From NCBI RefSeq assembly GCF_018977255.1, contig NW_024704742.1, positions 57,290,001 through 57,354,000 on the forward strand: a DNA stretch of 64,000 nucleotides. The letters are read 5' to 3'. Of this stretch, positions 21,824-33,784 are shown piece by piece. How positions within the stretch are numbered: position 1 is the stretch's first letter; each line of letters opens with the position of its first letter. A program made the translations under genes and the position numbers. Origin of the DNA: Callorhinchus milii (lineage: Eukaryota). Below the pieces are notes generated by a model. That model worked only from the letters and a program-made list of their open reading frames with translations, ran no database searches and was not told the DNA's origin.

Positions 21824-21887
21824 AATAAAGCTTTTGTTTGTGAATGTAATGTAATAAAGTCTGATTTTGCTACATTTTCAAAATAAA
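21824..21887 (+). terminator. Cluster of candidate CENPU polyadenylation signals
   Basis: AATAAA at 21824, 21853 and 21882; these are the first canonical signals I found after the stop at 21175. Confidence 0.55.
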
Positions 21888-21901
21888 AGTTTTGAAAGGT
21901 T

Positions 21902-22264
21902 TCATAAGGATATGTGTTCAGGACAATTTGTTTGGTCTGATACATGCTCCAGTTGCTGCACAGCTGCTAGTAAACAGTTATCTGATAGCTCTTCAGTCTC
22001 GTCACTACTCAATTCTGACTGGATTGAATCAGCAGCAATACAAAATTCAGCATCTTCAAGAGCTTCCAAAAACATTACATCATCAGCGCTGTTCCCAAAT
22101 TCTGCATCCAGACTTCCTGAATGTGTTCCAGTCTTTGGTGTAGATTTAGCACTAGAGTGCAATTGTGTTACACTGTACTGATACTCATTCTGTGTTGGAC
22201 ACTCCACATTTTGACTGGCTTTAATGTTTCCATCCTTATCCATGGTAAAAAGAAACTCATCATC
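21902..22264 (-). CDS. PRIMPOL: PRIMPOL last exon (RPA-binding motifs)
   Basis: DDEFLF...DDVMFLEALEDAEF...EELSDNCLLAAVQQ...SL*. Confidence 0.9.
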   Translation of the reverse strand, partial: DDEFLFTMDKDGNIKASQNVECPTQNEYQYSVTQLHSSAKSTPKTGTHSGSLDAEFGNSADDVMFLEALEDAEFCIAADSIQSELSSDETEELSDNCLLAAVQQLEHVSDQTNCPEHISL

Positions 22265-25200
22265 CTGAAACAAAAAACAATTCATTTTGTTTCAAACAAA
22301 AAAAACTTAAGTGCCTGTACATTCACACTTATTAATGTTGAGAGAACAAGTTTATTTGCATGGGATATTGATTCACCAATTGACCTATTTACTGTTGGGT
22401 ATGCAGGCTTGTGGAGTACGTAAGCTTGCCTAAGGTTTCACCCTACCCAGGAATTGAACCCGAGTCCTCTCACTTGCGAGGCGAGTGCTCTAACCAATAC
22501 GCTACTCCACTAAATGTTCCTATTCCAGCAGACAAACCTGAATTACTACCAGGAGCAGTTCCAGACTGATTTCATCTTCTCTTCTGTTAGACTGGGAATA
22601 CCATTTAATATCTTAAATGGGATTAAGGGATATTGGGATAAGGCAGGGTTAGGTTATTAGCTGGTGTTAGATTAGAAGATCAGCCATGATTTAATGGCGG
22701 GGTAGGCTCGAAGGGCCGAATGGCCTCCTGCTCCTACATGTTATGTTATCTGACTGATACCTGCAAAACCAATATATACTAGGATCAACTGTGGCTTAGT
22801 ACTGCACTAAGTTCAAGTTCTCCACTTATGTTTTAGTTCAGTAGCTCCTGAAGTACACTGTTAAGGTTTCATTACATACCATGTCAATGAGAAAGTCCAA
22901 ACAGCATTCACAAGGTAATGGGCGACCTGGAATTCAAGAATAAGAAAATAAATTCCCAGTAAAACTAAATTTAATTCTAGATTGTAGTCTGAAATGTGAA
23001 TGTATAATTCTTACTTTCCGATTTGAAATTCTGAGCTCTACAAAGATGATCATAGCATTTCTGGTACCATATCTCTCTCTTCAGGTCAACCACAATCCTT
23101 CAAAAGAACAATTTGTATATTATAGGATCCGAGATTCCTTGTTCTTCGTTCCATGGAATAAATATATATTGTATGCAGTAGGAGTCTGTAATCAATATTT
23201 AACTATACAAAAATATGTCACATAAATGAGAAAGCGTCAACGTCTTTAATTATTAGTTGCTTAAGGAGTCATAAAAGCACTATTTATACAGTCACTGCTT
23301 TAATGGTTTACAGACGATACGCAATCTTTGATACAAGAAGTTTAAGAAGATCTATTTTCATCAGACAACCTTTTCTAGAAGAATCCTACAATTGGGATCC
23401 GAGTTGAAATAAACTTCCAAAATAAGATGAAAGTCTATTATCTATTTACTGCAAGGAGCTTCTGTAAAATTTGTTTGCGCAGTTTCAGCTTTGTGTGTTG
23501 AGGCTCACAACATATGACCTTAAAGACTGATGGTTTGAGGAAATGGAAATGACACACCAGTGCAGGAGGGCAAGGATACCCAAATGGCAGATCACAAATC
23601 TAAGAAAGATTTCTTCCAGACTCCACACGTTAATCATCAGCTGTTGTTAGGGATCATGCTCTTCCCAATGTCAACACCTCTCTCTACTGTGAATGGAGCT
23701 GGACTTCATAGCTTGTCAATGGGGATAACGGTTTACAAATTAAAAGAAAGTCACTGCAACGGAAGTGGGGATCCTTCGCATTCACCTCTTGTTAACTCTG
23801 CAAGCCAAAGCATTAATGCAGTGGTGGCAAATCCATGGCCCATGGGGCTGTCAAGAAGCCGCCCCCAACCCCCGAACATTCACACTAGTCTAGGTAAGTC
23901 CTTGTTTGAATGGTAGTGTGTTTCCAGGTTTTTCTTGATTGAATATTTCTTGATTTAGGGTTTCATTCAAGAACTCTTCAAATAAGAACATTTATTTTGT
24001 TGGCCGACCAAAAAGGCTGGCCACCGCTATACTAAAGGGTAGTGTTCTGAGCTGGAAAAACAGTGGGAAGCTTGGCAGACAGGACCCTCAATGGCAAACC
24101 ATGCAGTGCTAGCTGGTTAAACTCGAGTAGTAATCCAACACCATCCTGGAGATAATACCCTCCAGAAATAGGCAAAAGAGAGTGCATCCCTCCAGGGAAA
24201 GACTGCACATCCCAGTTCAGACACTGAGATTTCCATGATTAAGTGGTATACATATGTGGAAATATTAGTCTGATTTGGCTACTCTTCAGCATAGCTGATG
24301 GGTTTCCTCATATACCAAGGCTGACCAAAACCAAAATGAAGCAGTTAATGTTCATGTGAACTATACTTACATAATATTGTTGTTTTTATGAGCTCTACCA
24401 ATATTCTCACACCAGTGATTTTTGCCGATGTCATAAACAATCAATTCTTCAGAGGAAAAGTAATTCCAACGACGTATCACTGAGGAGATTAAGTTATTTA
24501 TTATTTTAAAGCTAATTTTGAACCAGATTATGAACTAAAAAGAATAAAATGGACCATTTTACTCTTAGAATTAATCCTTTCTATTTGCAGGAAGATTTCA
24601 TAAATAATAATAACATAATCCTTGTATTTTATATAGTGCCTATTCATGTCTTCGAGGCATCTCAAAGGGCTTCACAGAATATATTGTAAAGTGAACTGAA
24701 CTGACTGTATATTTTTGTGGGCGAAACGCTGCAGCCGATTACGCACAGCAGTGTCCAACAACCGTTTGTGGATTGGGTGACCAAATTATTATCATTATTT
24801 ATTTATTTTTTGAAGGGGTTATTACCCCCGGAAAAGCGATCCGTCAATCGACCAACAACCGAGTTACTTGCTGCTAGATAAACAGCCGTATGGAGTAAGA
24901 AAATTTGCCTAACGTTTCGCTCTGCCCGGGAATCAAACCCAGATCCTCTTGCTTCGGAGTGCTCTAACCAATATGCTGCAGGACTCCACAAATCTATGAG
25001 TGTTTTTGCATGTAATAAAGAAAAACTTACCACCTTGTATACCTCCCTTGTTCACTTGATTACTAATAAAACTATCGATTTCTGGGTATGGTGAAGAATG
25101 GTATCCTCCTACTGTATCTGTCAAACAAGGGAAAAAATATTGTCTCAGCGTAAAATGCAAAATATAAACCTACAGTGCCTTGTAAATTTCTTAATGACCT

Positions 25201-28200
25201 TCAACATAATTTAGAATAAGTAGACAACCTCTGTTTTACTGATAAAAAGAGTTAAAAAAAAAATTCCTGTAACAGTAATAACAAGGTAATCTTTCTTTAA
25301 ACTTACTCTATTTGTTAAAAATAACACTTGCATTAGATATGCCGCCTATAATCAAAGTCTCAAACTGCTTCACAACATTTCTGTGAACTGTAGCAACCGT
25401 GCATTTACAGGCAGACACAGGAGCAAATTGCACATAGCAGTGTCCCATAACAACCATGAGTGATGGGCAATTTTCTGGAGGATTATTGGTCAGGAAACTG
25501 TGTGCAGTCTTTCTGACTAATGCCATGGAATGCTTAACATCCACCTAGATAGACACTCGGTTTAACATTTGATGGGAAGGATGGCACCTCTGACAAAGCA
25601 GCACTGCACTAGAGTGTCAGAGTACGCTATATGCTTAAACTGGAGCTCGAAACCACAAACGTCTGACCCAGATGTGACAGCTGCCAACTAAGGCAGGCAA
25701 ACAGACCTAAAGACGAGAACAAGATAACATTTGTCTTAATATTAAATTTAACTAACAATGTGCAAATACAATAAAAGTCTCAGAGATTAAGTGTATGTTG
25801 CCACGATCACTACTCTTAATGCCAAGTGGCATTTCTTATAAGTCATTATGGAATCTTGTTGTTGTTGTGCTTAAAATTGTATACAGCCAACGTAAACAAG
25901 CTTCAAAGTGAACAGACTGAGAACCACACAATAGTAAAATTCTACCTCCATGATCTAACTCAGGGATATGTAAACAAATCATTAGTAAATTCAATACCTG
26001 ACACTGTGAGATGTGCATTATCTTGAGAGATCCATCCTCTGGCTTTCTTAGCATTTGAGGTATCACAAGTCAAAACCGTCAAATTATCAGAAAACCTGAA
26101 ATATTTACAAAAAAAAATTGTTTGGCAAACGTGAGGCTGATATAAAACTAAATCCCGCTATACAGTATTTACATTTTTTAATTTACAACATTAACAGAAC
26201 CAAACACTCCCAGATACTAAAAATACAAAACAATTTTGACTTAAAAATACTACAGTGTTGAGAATTTGAGATATTGTACCTAACATTGCTGACCAAAGAA
26301 TTCAGGAAAATTAACTCCTCCTTAGAAATATTCTTCTGAGGCTTGGGAATAAACTGATTGTCTTCAGCAACTTCAAAAGACGTGTTCTTGCCCAGTTTAG
26401 ATGACTTATACAGTCGAAAGTTCCTGTTTTTTGTGTACACGGCTATATAAAAAATAGTAAGGCAAAAGTCAAGTATACTTTTTTAGATATATCAATTTTG
26501 ACAAATAGTTACCCAATATGTAAAGTACTAGATGATATTTTCCAAATTGCATGCTGCAATATATTCTGAGTTTCAATAAGTAGAAGTAGTTTTGTTACGT
26601 TTCCTGTATAATTTGCAATTAAGTACAAACTAAATATTAAAAATTGCATTAAAATCATATTTTAATTGTATATAGCGAAATTAAGATACATCTCTTAGTG
26701 AAATTAAGATACATAGCCCTTATATCTCTTGTACTGGATGGAGGGATACAAGATTAATTCAACAATTCCTCCATCAGTTGACCAGCCAATCCTCAATTCT
26801 CGAGTACATAGAGGCAGAGCCCATTATTTCTGAACGATTGAATGCACATATACTGTGAAATACTAAATGCACATCTTACCTAGATCCACAAAACTTTGGT
26901 CAAATCCATCTCTACCTTTCACAATCAGAAATGACAAATCTGCATCCACATTGCCATTCTCTGATGTTTCCCATCCTGTGGTTTTATGGCTTTTTGAACA
27001 GACATTCTCAGAACCATCTTCAATATCTTTCCTCTTTCCTGGAGTGGACACCGAATCTTTGTTGCTGAAACTGAGAGAATCTTTACCACTGCATTTGTTT
27101 TCCAGTACTGTTATCATAGGCTGCAAGATTGTTGTGATGCAGTTTCCTGAAACAACAAACAAAATGTTGAATAGATGTGATACCACAGATGCAATAATTT
27201 GTAAAGTGTAATTATTTTAGTTTATTACCCTTTATTATAAATTGAATGTCCTTCTGATGTGAAAGGCTTTATATAAATGTAAATTTGCTGTTGCTTAAAA
27301 GTAAATTCATAGTAAAATTGATGTACAGTATTAAAGTTTCTGGATGTTCAATCTTACCCCACAATTTTCAACTAACTAGTTTTGTGAACCTCAGGATTTT
27401 TATCTAGAAAGTAGCAAAGTCCCATCTTCAATCAGCAGTCTGTGCAGAATAGGTACTAGAATAAGCCTCACTTGGTTGGGGAAGATAAAGCAGACAGTGT
27501 TGCCGAATTGCGATCATGATTTGCAACCCATGCAAGTGGTAAATATCTATGAATTTTTCAGGAGCTGTATTATTTGTATTGGGTTTACATATACACCCAC
27601 AGAATATACAGTCAATTCTCTTTACCGTATATTCTGTGAAGCGCTTTGAGACTTCTCGCAGACTTGATAAGGCGCTATATAAAAATGCAAGGATTATTAT
27701 TATCCTTGGAGTCAAAGAGTCTACAGACACACACTGTTAAGACTCACACATAATAGTAATCCTTGCATGTGATATGGCGCATTATCACGGCATTGCGATG
27801 TCTCAAAACACTTTGACTTATGAGTGACAAACTATAGCTAGAGTGTTGTCCAGGAGGCTCACTAATTAAGCACCTTGATCAATTTCACTATATCAATAAT
27901 TATCAATATAGGAGCTAGAACAAACGAGGGACTTATTTTGATGTAACACAGGTTTTCACCACAGACTAATTTAAACTCTGGCAGTGATCTCATTGATTAC
28001 TTTTGCCATTAATCCTCTCTGGGCGGGAGACTTTTATTAAGGTTATCTACTTGCTCAGCATCAGTGCTAAGTAATGTCTCTTTGATTGTAATTCATGTAT
28101 AGGGTTGTGTGTGTGTGGGGGGGGCTGGATATGTAGGATTAGCTCATAATATTTTGCATGAAAAATGATTCCATGGTGACTTATGTGACCAAAATAATAA

Positions 28201-31200
28201 TAAGCAGCACAAGATCTACAGTAATTGAATCAAAACAAGTATGATGGCAAGGATGACTTCACCCCTGGGATTTAGGGTTCTTTTTCACTGAAGGATGGAG
28301 GTGACACCATGACATTACCGAGATTCCAGGCAGTGAAATCATTGCAAAGAAAAAGTTACTTTATTGACTAAGAGAAATAATATCAGAGGAAGCTTACCAA
28401 CATGTATGTTATTCTTAAAGACTGCGTTAGGAAGATGGAATATTAGATGGCGGCTAAATTTTTCACCAGTACTGGAGTCCAAGTTCAAAACATCTTTCAC
28501 TGAGCATTTTATTTTGTAACGTTCTTCCAGTTTTTGACAAACATACTGAATAAACAAAACATGAAATGACATGGGTTCTAATTTTGTATTTGAATCTAAA
28601 CTTCTGTAATTTTATAATAACCTTTTATTTGATATGGCATCTATAATATCAAAACAAGTCACAGATAATTATTGTTATGTGTAGTGACTATTTATTTGAA
28701 GTCAATTTGCACACACAGTAAAATCTCAAAAAAGGTTACAAAGCGAATGATTAATTTATCTGGAGGATTGTTTACTTGGATACCAGGTAAATTGATTTAC
28801 TATTTATACACTTATGTTCAACGATGCTTTCCTCTCTTTCTATAGGGTAGTCACATCATTCACTCTTCCACATGATAGCATTTTAAAATGATGTTAAAAG
28901 AAATAAAAATCAGCATTATAAATATATTATCAACTACAAAGAAAAACAGAACTAGTAAAAATACACAAGATGGTTTGATATAGAACATAATCTTTCAATT
29001 TGAAAACCCTCGTCAATTCAGCTGTGTTTAATAATATAAACGTAGCACAAATTTCCCTACAACAAAAGTTTATATAGTGTCTTTCATATTGGGAGGATGT
29101 CTCAAAGCGCTTAACTAAAATGAATGAAACACTTGATCGGGAAAAATGTACAGGTTTATAACCAAATAAAACAGCAGTATACATAAACTATTACAATAAT
29201 GCTCTTAGCACCTGAATTAATTTTGTGACCATCTGTTTCCCATCACGCCCTGGATTCATTTGTTTATTGAATTCTAGGTCAAAGTAAAGATGACAGACAG
29301 ACCCTTCTGGAATCACTTCATAGCAGTGCATCAATGATTGCCTGTGCATTCTGAAAAAAATAACAGGCTTTCAAACCAGCAACACACCATTACTGTGCAT
29401 TGTTGCAAACAAATAACTACTTTAGAATACAATTAGTGCCCAGCATTTAACATTATAAAATCATGTTGTAGGAATCACATTGATTCCTATCCCCAAATTG
29501 AAGCTTTCCTCCTCCCTAAGGTTTCCACTGGTCTGGCTCTGCATCTATGCTGAGACAATGACATCATCCTTCTGTGCCACTGAGCCCAAAATACATTCAA
29601 ATAGTATTGAAAATCTCTTCTCACCCATCTGTGAGAAGACTAAAGATTTTGAATCTGCTATGCAGCCCATCACGATGATTGATTTTTTCCAAATAATTCT
29701 TACCCCTTTTGTTAAAATCACAAAATCCATCTCATGAATTAACTTCCCTTTCCAAACATTAATTTTCCCATATGTGCACATTGTACAAGATTATAACTAC
29801 ATATTTTAACATAGAACATTAGAAATTAAATCATCTTTGGTACATTTCCTCAAATTCAGTCCTGCCAGTCACAAAGCTACCATTAGCCCATTACTTCCAA
29901 GCTCACTACTACTCTCAAATAAAATTATTAATAATTCTGTGTAAATACTAGATATGGAGCATTTACATATCTAACAACAGCAATATAACAGCTTTTGATG
30001 TTTCTACCTCAAAGTTATAAATAAAAATCCAACAGGGATGAATTTTAATAAACATAATATCTGCTATAGAAATTCATACAGAAATAAACACTTAGGATTT
30101 TTTTTAGCCCAATAGTTACTTACTGATAGTAAAACCACAGCTCACTGTGTGTTGTGACAAGATAAATTCTCTGTCCAAATGCAATATCCTTCTTCTGACC
30201 TTCCTTCTCCAATGCAAATATGTGCACATCCTTTAATGACAAATAACAACAACTTTTAAAAAGATTGCAATGCAAAATACAAGCAGTTATCTAATTTATA
30301 ATTTTATATATTAATTGCTTTGTCCTTCGGGTGACACATTAAACCAAGGTCCCATCTGCCTGTTCAGATGGACTTTAAGGTCCCATAGTTCTATTGAAAA
30401 AGAGAAGGGAAGATTCTCCCTGTGAACTGACCAACAATCCCCCAGGTAAAATTGATCATTCACTTCATGGCTGTTTGTGGGACATTCCTGCGTGTAAATT
30501 GGCTGACCCATTCACCTATATCACTACACTCTACAATAATCCTGTGAAACGCCTCCTGATATGAAAGGTGCTATATTATCATCACAAACACACTGTGCTT
30601 ACTGATAGGCTTTTTTCCTGGCACATTGAAGCTTCAACTTCCAGTCTGAATGATCATCAATTGATGCTCTGTTTACTGATGAATAAAGGAAATTCAGTCT
30701 GGCATAGGCAGTTTGGAAGTATGGTATGTTTTAGTTCCAATATTGCCTAGACACCTGGTTATAGAAATCAAGTATACTTTGCAAAGATGTCTCTGTTTTC
30801 TTGTGGAAGACTACCCATGGAAGTCAACAAAATACAGCCTTCCAACATAACAAAGCAGATGTTAAAGCTACTCTTACTTTGTATGAAAACTTAACATCAC
30901 AACATCAAAATGTAAAAGAAGCTACCACTAACAGAAGTGAGCTACTGTCAAAGAGTTCATCTTGTAAGGATCTCATTGAGTACAAGGAGCCCTAGCAAGG
31001 CAATATTATAAATACCAATGTAAAATTAATAGTTGATATACAACTTTATCCCACAATCTCTTTGCCTCGCCCTCTCCCTTGTCTCCTTCAAAGTCCGTGG
31101 CAAGACGCTCCTCTTCGACTGTGCCTTCGTTCAACCTCCTACCCGCACCCTCCCTACCCTTCACCCCTCCTGATCCCAAACCCCAGCTCAAATGCAAATC

Positions 31201-31792
31201 CTTGAATGTCCAGCGCTTTCGGACGTCCTCCCAACGTGAAAGGCATTATACAAATGTAATTTGCTGTTGTTTTTGTTGTTTATAAAACGTAACGAACTGC
31301 AGATCTCTAGAGTCTGAAATTCGTATGTTTACTTTTAGGCTTAGATTTACTATAAATAATTAGCAATAGCATCACAAAACTTAACATAAGAATATTTGTG
31401 CATCAATGATTGGCTGTGCAGCCTGAACGGAAAATAACAGGCTTTCAAACCAGCAACACATCATTACTGTGCATTAAATAACTAGTTTAGAATATCAAGA
31501 TGTCCTAACAATGACATCTTTTTCCTGCTGAAAATCCTGTTTATTTCAGCCTATGGTGTGACATAGCCGCAATTAACTCTCATAATTCTAAATATGATAA
31601 ACATTACTTTACCTCTTTACAGCTCTTGGAGAAGTTAAAAGCTTGATGCTGCCGATAAAACAACTTCCAGATTGATTCCGGCTGCCATGGTTTTGAAAGC
31701 CTTGGCTTGTAGGTAGGGTTAATCGGGTATCGTTGATAGATGCCTGCTAAAGCTTCAATATCCTTCACTCTTTTCTGCCAATTCCTCTTCAT
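21902..31792 (-). CDS. PRIMPOL: DNA-directed primase/polymerase PrimPol, spliced gene model, predicted 596 aa
   Basis: complement join(31613-31792,30124-30230,29212-29350,28398-28545,26880-27146,26280-26442,25998-26095,25031-25117,24371-24479,23015-23097,22880-22926,21902-22264) = 1791 nt. AEP motifs YFDLE, SRH, FVDL, RNFRL; WFYY; C-H-C-C zinc finger; acidic RPA-binding motifs. Confidence 0.95.
22610..22748 (+). mobile_element. CR1-type LINE 3' end
   Basis: GATCAGCCATGAT...GGCTCGAAGGGCCGAATGGCCT...TATGTTATG terminal structure. Confidence 0.6.
22880..22926 (-). CDS. PRIMPOL: PRIMPOL coding exon 11
   Basis: RPLPCECCLDFLIDM; phase 1 to 0. Confidence 0.85.
23015..23097 (-). CDS. PRIMPOL: PRIMPOL coding exon 10 (zinc finger)
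   Basis: IVVDLKREIWYQKCYDHLCRAQNFKSE. Confidence 0.9.
24371..24479 (-). CDS. PRIMPOL: PRIMPOL coding exon 9 (zinc finger)
   Basis: IRRWNYFSSEELIVYDIGKNHWCENIGRAHKNNNI. Confidence 0.92.
24603..24988 (-). mobile_element. Young SINE, long subtype
   Basis: Reverse complement of the 8826-9198 modules, head at ~24900-24988. Confidence 0.8.
25031..25117 (-). CDS. PRIMPOL: PRIMPOL coding exon 8
   Basis: TVGGYHSSPYPEIDSFISNQVNKGGIQG. Confidence 0.9.
25998..26095 (-). CDS. PRIMPOL: PRIMPOL coding exon 7
   Basis: FSDNLTVLTCDTSNAKKARG...; phase 2 to 1. Confidence 0.85.
26280..26442 (-). CDS. PRIMPOL: PRIMPOL coding exon 6
   Basis: VYTKNRNFRLYKSSKLGK...FLNSLVSNV. Confidence 0.92.
26880..27146 (-). 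CDS. PRIMPOL: PRIMPOL coding exon 5
   Basis: NCITTILQP...DLSFLIVK...FVDL (AEP motif III). Confidence 0.9.
28398..28545 (-). CDS. PRIMPOL: PRIMPOL coding exon 4
   Basis: YVCQKL...DVLNLDSSTGEKFSRHLIF...NNIHV (SxH motif). Confidence 0.92.
29212..29350 (-). CDS. PRIMPOL: PRIMPOL coding exon 3
   Basis: LMHCYEVIPEGSVCHLYFDLEFNK (DxE motif). Confidence 0.92.
30124..30230 (-). CDS. PRIMPOL: PRIMPOL coding exon 2
   Basis: DVHIFALE...GQRIYLVTTHSELWFYY. Confidence 0.92.
31613..31792 (-). CDS. PRIMPOL: PRIMPOL coding exon 1
   Basis: MKRNWQKRVKDIE...YKPRLSKPWQPESIWKLFYRQHQAFNFSKSCKE; acceptor just outside 31795. Confidence 0.92.
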
Positions 31793-31897
31793 GTTCTTTA
31801 AAAAATAAAGACAGCAGTGCACACCATCAGTATAATCCTCATAATGGACTCAAGAGGTATTAATTTGGTAAATGGATTGAAGTGGCATAACCTCAAT

Positions 31898-32195
31898 CAA
31901 CAACAACAAAATTACATTTGTAAAGCGCCTTTCATGTCGGGAGGACGTCCCAAGGCGCTGGACAGTTTCAGACCCGAGCTGGGGGTTGGGGAGGGTGGAG
32001 GGCGGGGGGGGGGGAGATCGAAAGCACGGTCGAAGAGGAGGGTCTTGAGGTGGGTCTTGGAGGTGGCGAGGGAGGGGGGAGGCCCTCGGAGGGACTGCGG
32101 GATGGAGTTCCAGAGGGTGGCAGAAGGCCCGCCCGCCGGTAGTGGGGCGAGCGAGGGGGGGGGGCGTGAAGCAGGCCGGAGCCCGCTGAGCGGGG
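31898..32195 (-). mobile_element. L2 3' end
   Basis: (CAA)n tail at 31898 and minus-strand LWNSIP...KTHLKTLLF. Confidence 0.8.
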
Positions 32196-32380
32196 AGAGC
32201 AAACAGGATGGCGGGGGGGGGGGGGGGGGTCGGGAGGTCTGTTGGACCTCCTCGACGGTAGCCCAAACATGGCAAAGCTTTCGCCCACCAGGACCTGCGG
32301 TCAATTAACTTTACAGCACGTTCTCTGAAGCGCTTTGAGACGCCTCGAAGACGTGATGGGGCACTGTATCAAATGCCAGG

Positions 32381-32415
<35 letters not shown>

Positions 32416-32521
32416 CATCAAAAGGGCAAAGTAGTGCGGATGCTGGAAATCTGGTATAAACACAGAGGTCGCTGGGCCAGGAAACCATGGCAACTGCCCA
32501 GGAGCCACCGGTACCCCTGAA

Positions 32522-32563
<42 letters not shown>
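32381..32563. repeat. Two (TAT)n microsatellites
   Basis: (TAT)n at ~32381-32414 (a SINE tail) and ~32522-32563. Confidence 0.9.
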
Positions 32564-32674
32564 CTGTTGCCATGACTCAGACTGTCAAGATAACAGGGTA
32601 AAGGCACCGCTCAGCGAAAGTCCAGCACAACAACAAGGTCCATGACTTGGGGTAAGGCGGAGCGCGGTACTCAC

Positions 32675-33063
32675 CGCTGTTCGGGTTAAACTCCCCCCTC
32701 CCGCAGTGCCGTTCATTGCCTCTCCCGCTCGCCGCTTCAACCCCCGGCGCGAAGCACAACGACCGGCCGAGTGCCTCCCGGGAGTTGCAGTTCCGGCGCT
32801 CGTCACTACCAATGGTCTTCCCCGGAGGGTAGAACTACGTTGCCCACAATGCACCGGGAAACCAGAGCACCTGCGCAGAAGCCGTCGATTCCCCCCCCCA
32901 CCCGCTCTTCACCCACCCGCCTTCACTCTCTTTCGCGCGCGTGCGCTATAGAGATACGAGTCTCGTTCCGGGAATCGAAAGCGGTTGGAGTCAATCACAA
33001 AGGGGCTGACGTCAGTCAGGCTGCGTGTCGCTCGAGCTGAGCTGAGCTGAGGTGCAGGTGCAG
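32675..33063. promoter_or_regulatory. CpG-island bidirectional promoter with the first exons of PRIMPOL (-) and CASP3 (+)
   Basis: Minus-strand donor GCG/GTGAGT at 32675 and plus-strand donor CAG/GTGAGT at 33063. ZNF143-type motifs 32773-32791 and 32834-32853, CCAAT 32809, TTTCGCGC 32931, TTCCGGGAA 32966, TGACGTCA 33007. Confidence 0.75.
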
Positions 33064-33485
33064 GTGAGTGAGCGGGTGACGGGTCTCGCGGGGGAATCGA
33101 CCGTTAGTGACAGTTTACAGCCGCCGGCGCCACAGTCATGAAAGTTACTCACTGTTCGCTGTGGCCCAGGTCTGTACTTTAAAGTGCCGACTTTCTTCTT
33201 CACTCCGCTTCGTCGAAGGCTTCCGCTTCAGTCGGATTGCGGGCGTAGCACCGGCGTGTGAGGGCGGGTTTGTACCCGGCGACCCTCTCCTCCTCCTCCT
33301 CTTCCTGCCCTCCGCGAAGGGCTCGTCGTTTGCGACGCGTCCCGACTCTCCCGTGTGGGTTTGCGATGGTTTCACTCCTCCCCGCGGGGTGTGTGTGTGT
33401 GTGTGTGTGTCATTCAGACCTGTGGTTGTGAAAGGGAACCGGGCGCTGCGGCTGTAAAAGTCACCAGGTTTTTGATACGACTTTT

Positions 33486-33647
33486 GATGATAATCCTTTG
33501 CATTTGATACAGCGCTTTTCACGTCTTCTCCACAGCGTCCCAAAGCGCTTCACAGAATAGGCCGTCAAGTGAATTGACTGTATATTTGTGGGCGAAACGC
33601 GGCAGTCAATTGCGCACAGCGGTGTCCCCACAAACAGTCGTGGATTG
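33486..33647 (-). mobile_element. Young SINE, 3' half
   Basis: Reverse complement of the Deu-like block and tail. Confidence 0.8.
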
Positions 33648-33784
33648 TTTGGGTTAAACTTCCCATCGCAGTGACGTTCATTGCCTCTCCCGCTCACCGC
33701 TTCAACCCCCGGCGTTCAGCCACAGCGCTACCGCTTCACCACCAGTCAGTACACAATTGTACATGTACACACAAAGCGTTTTGT

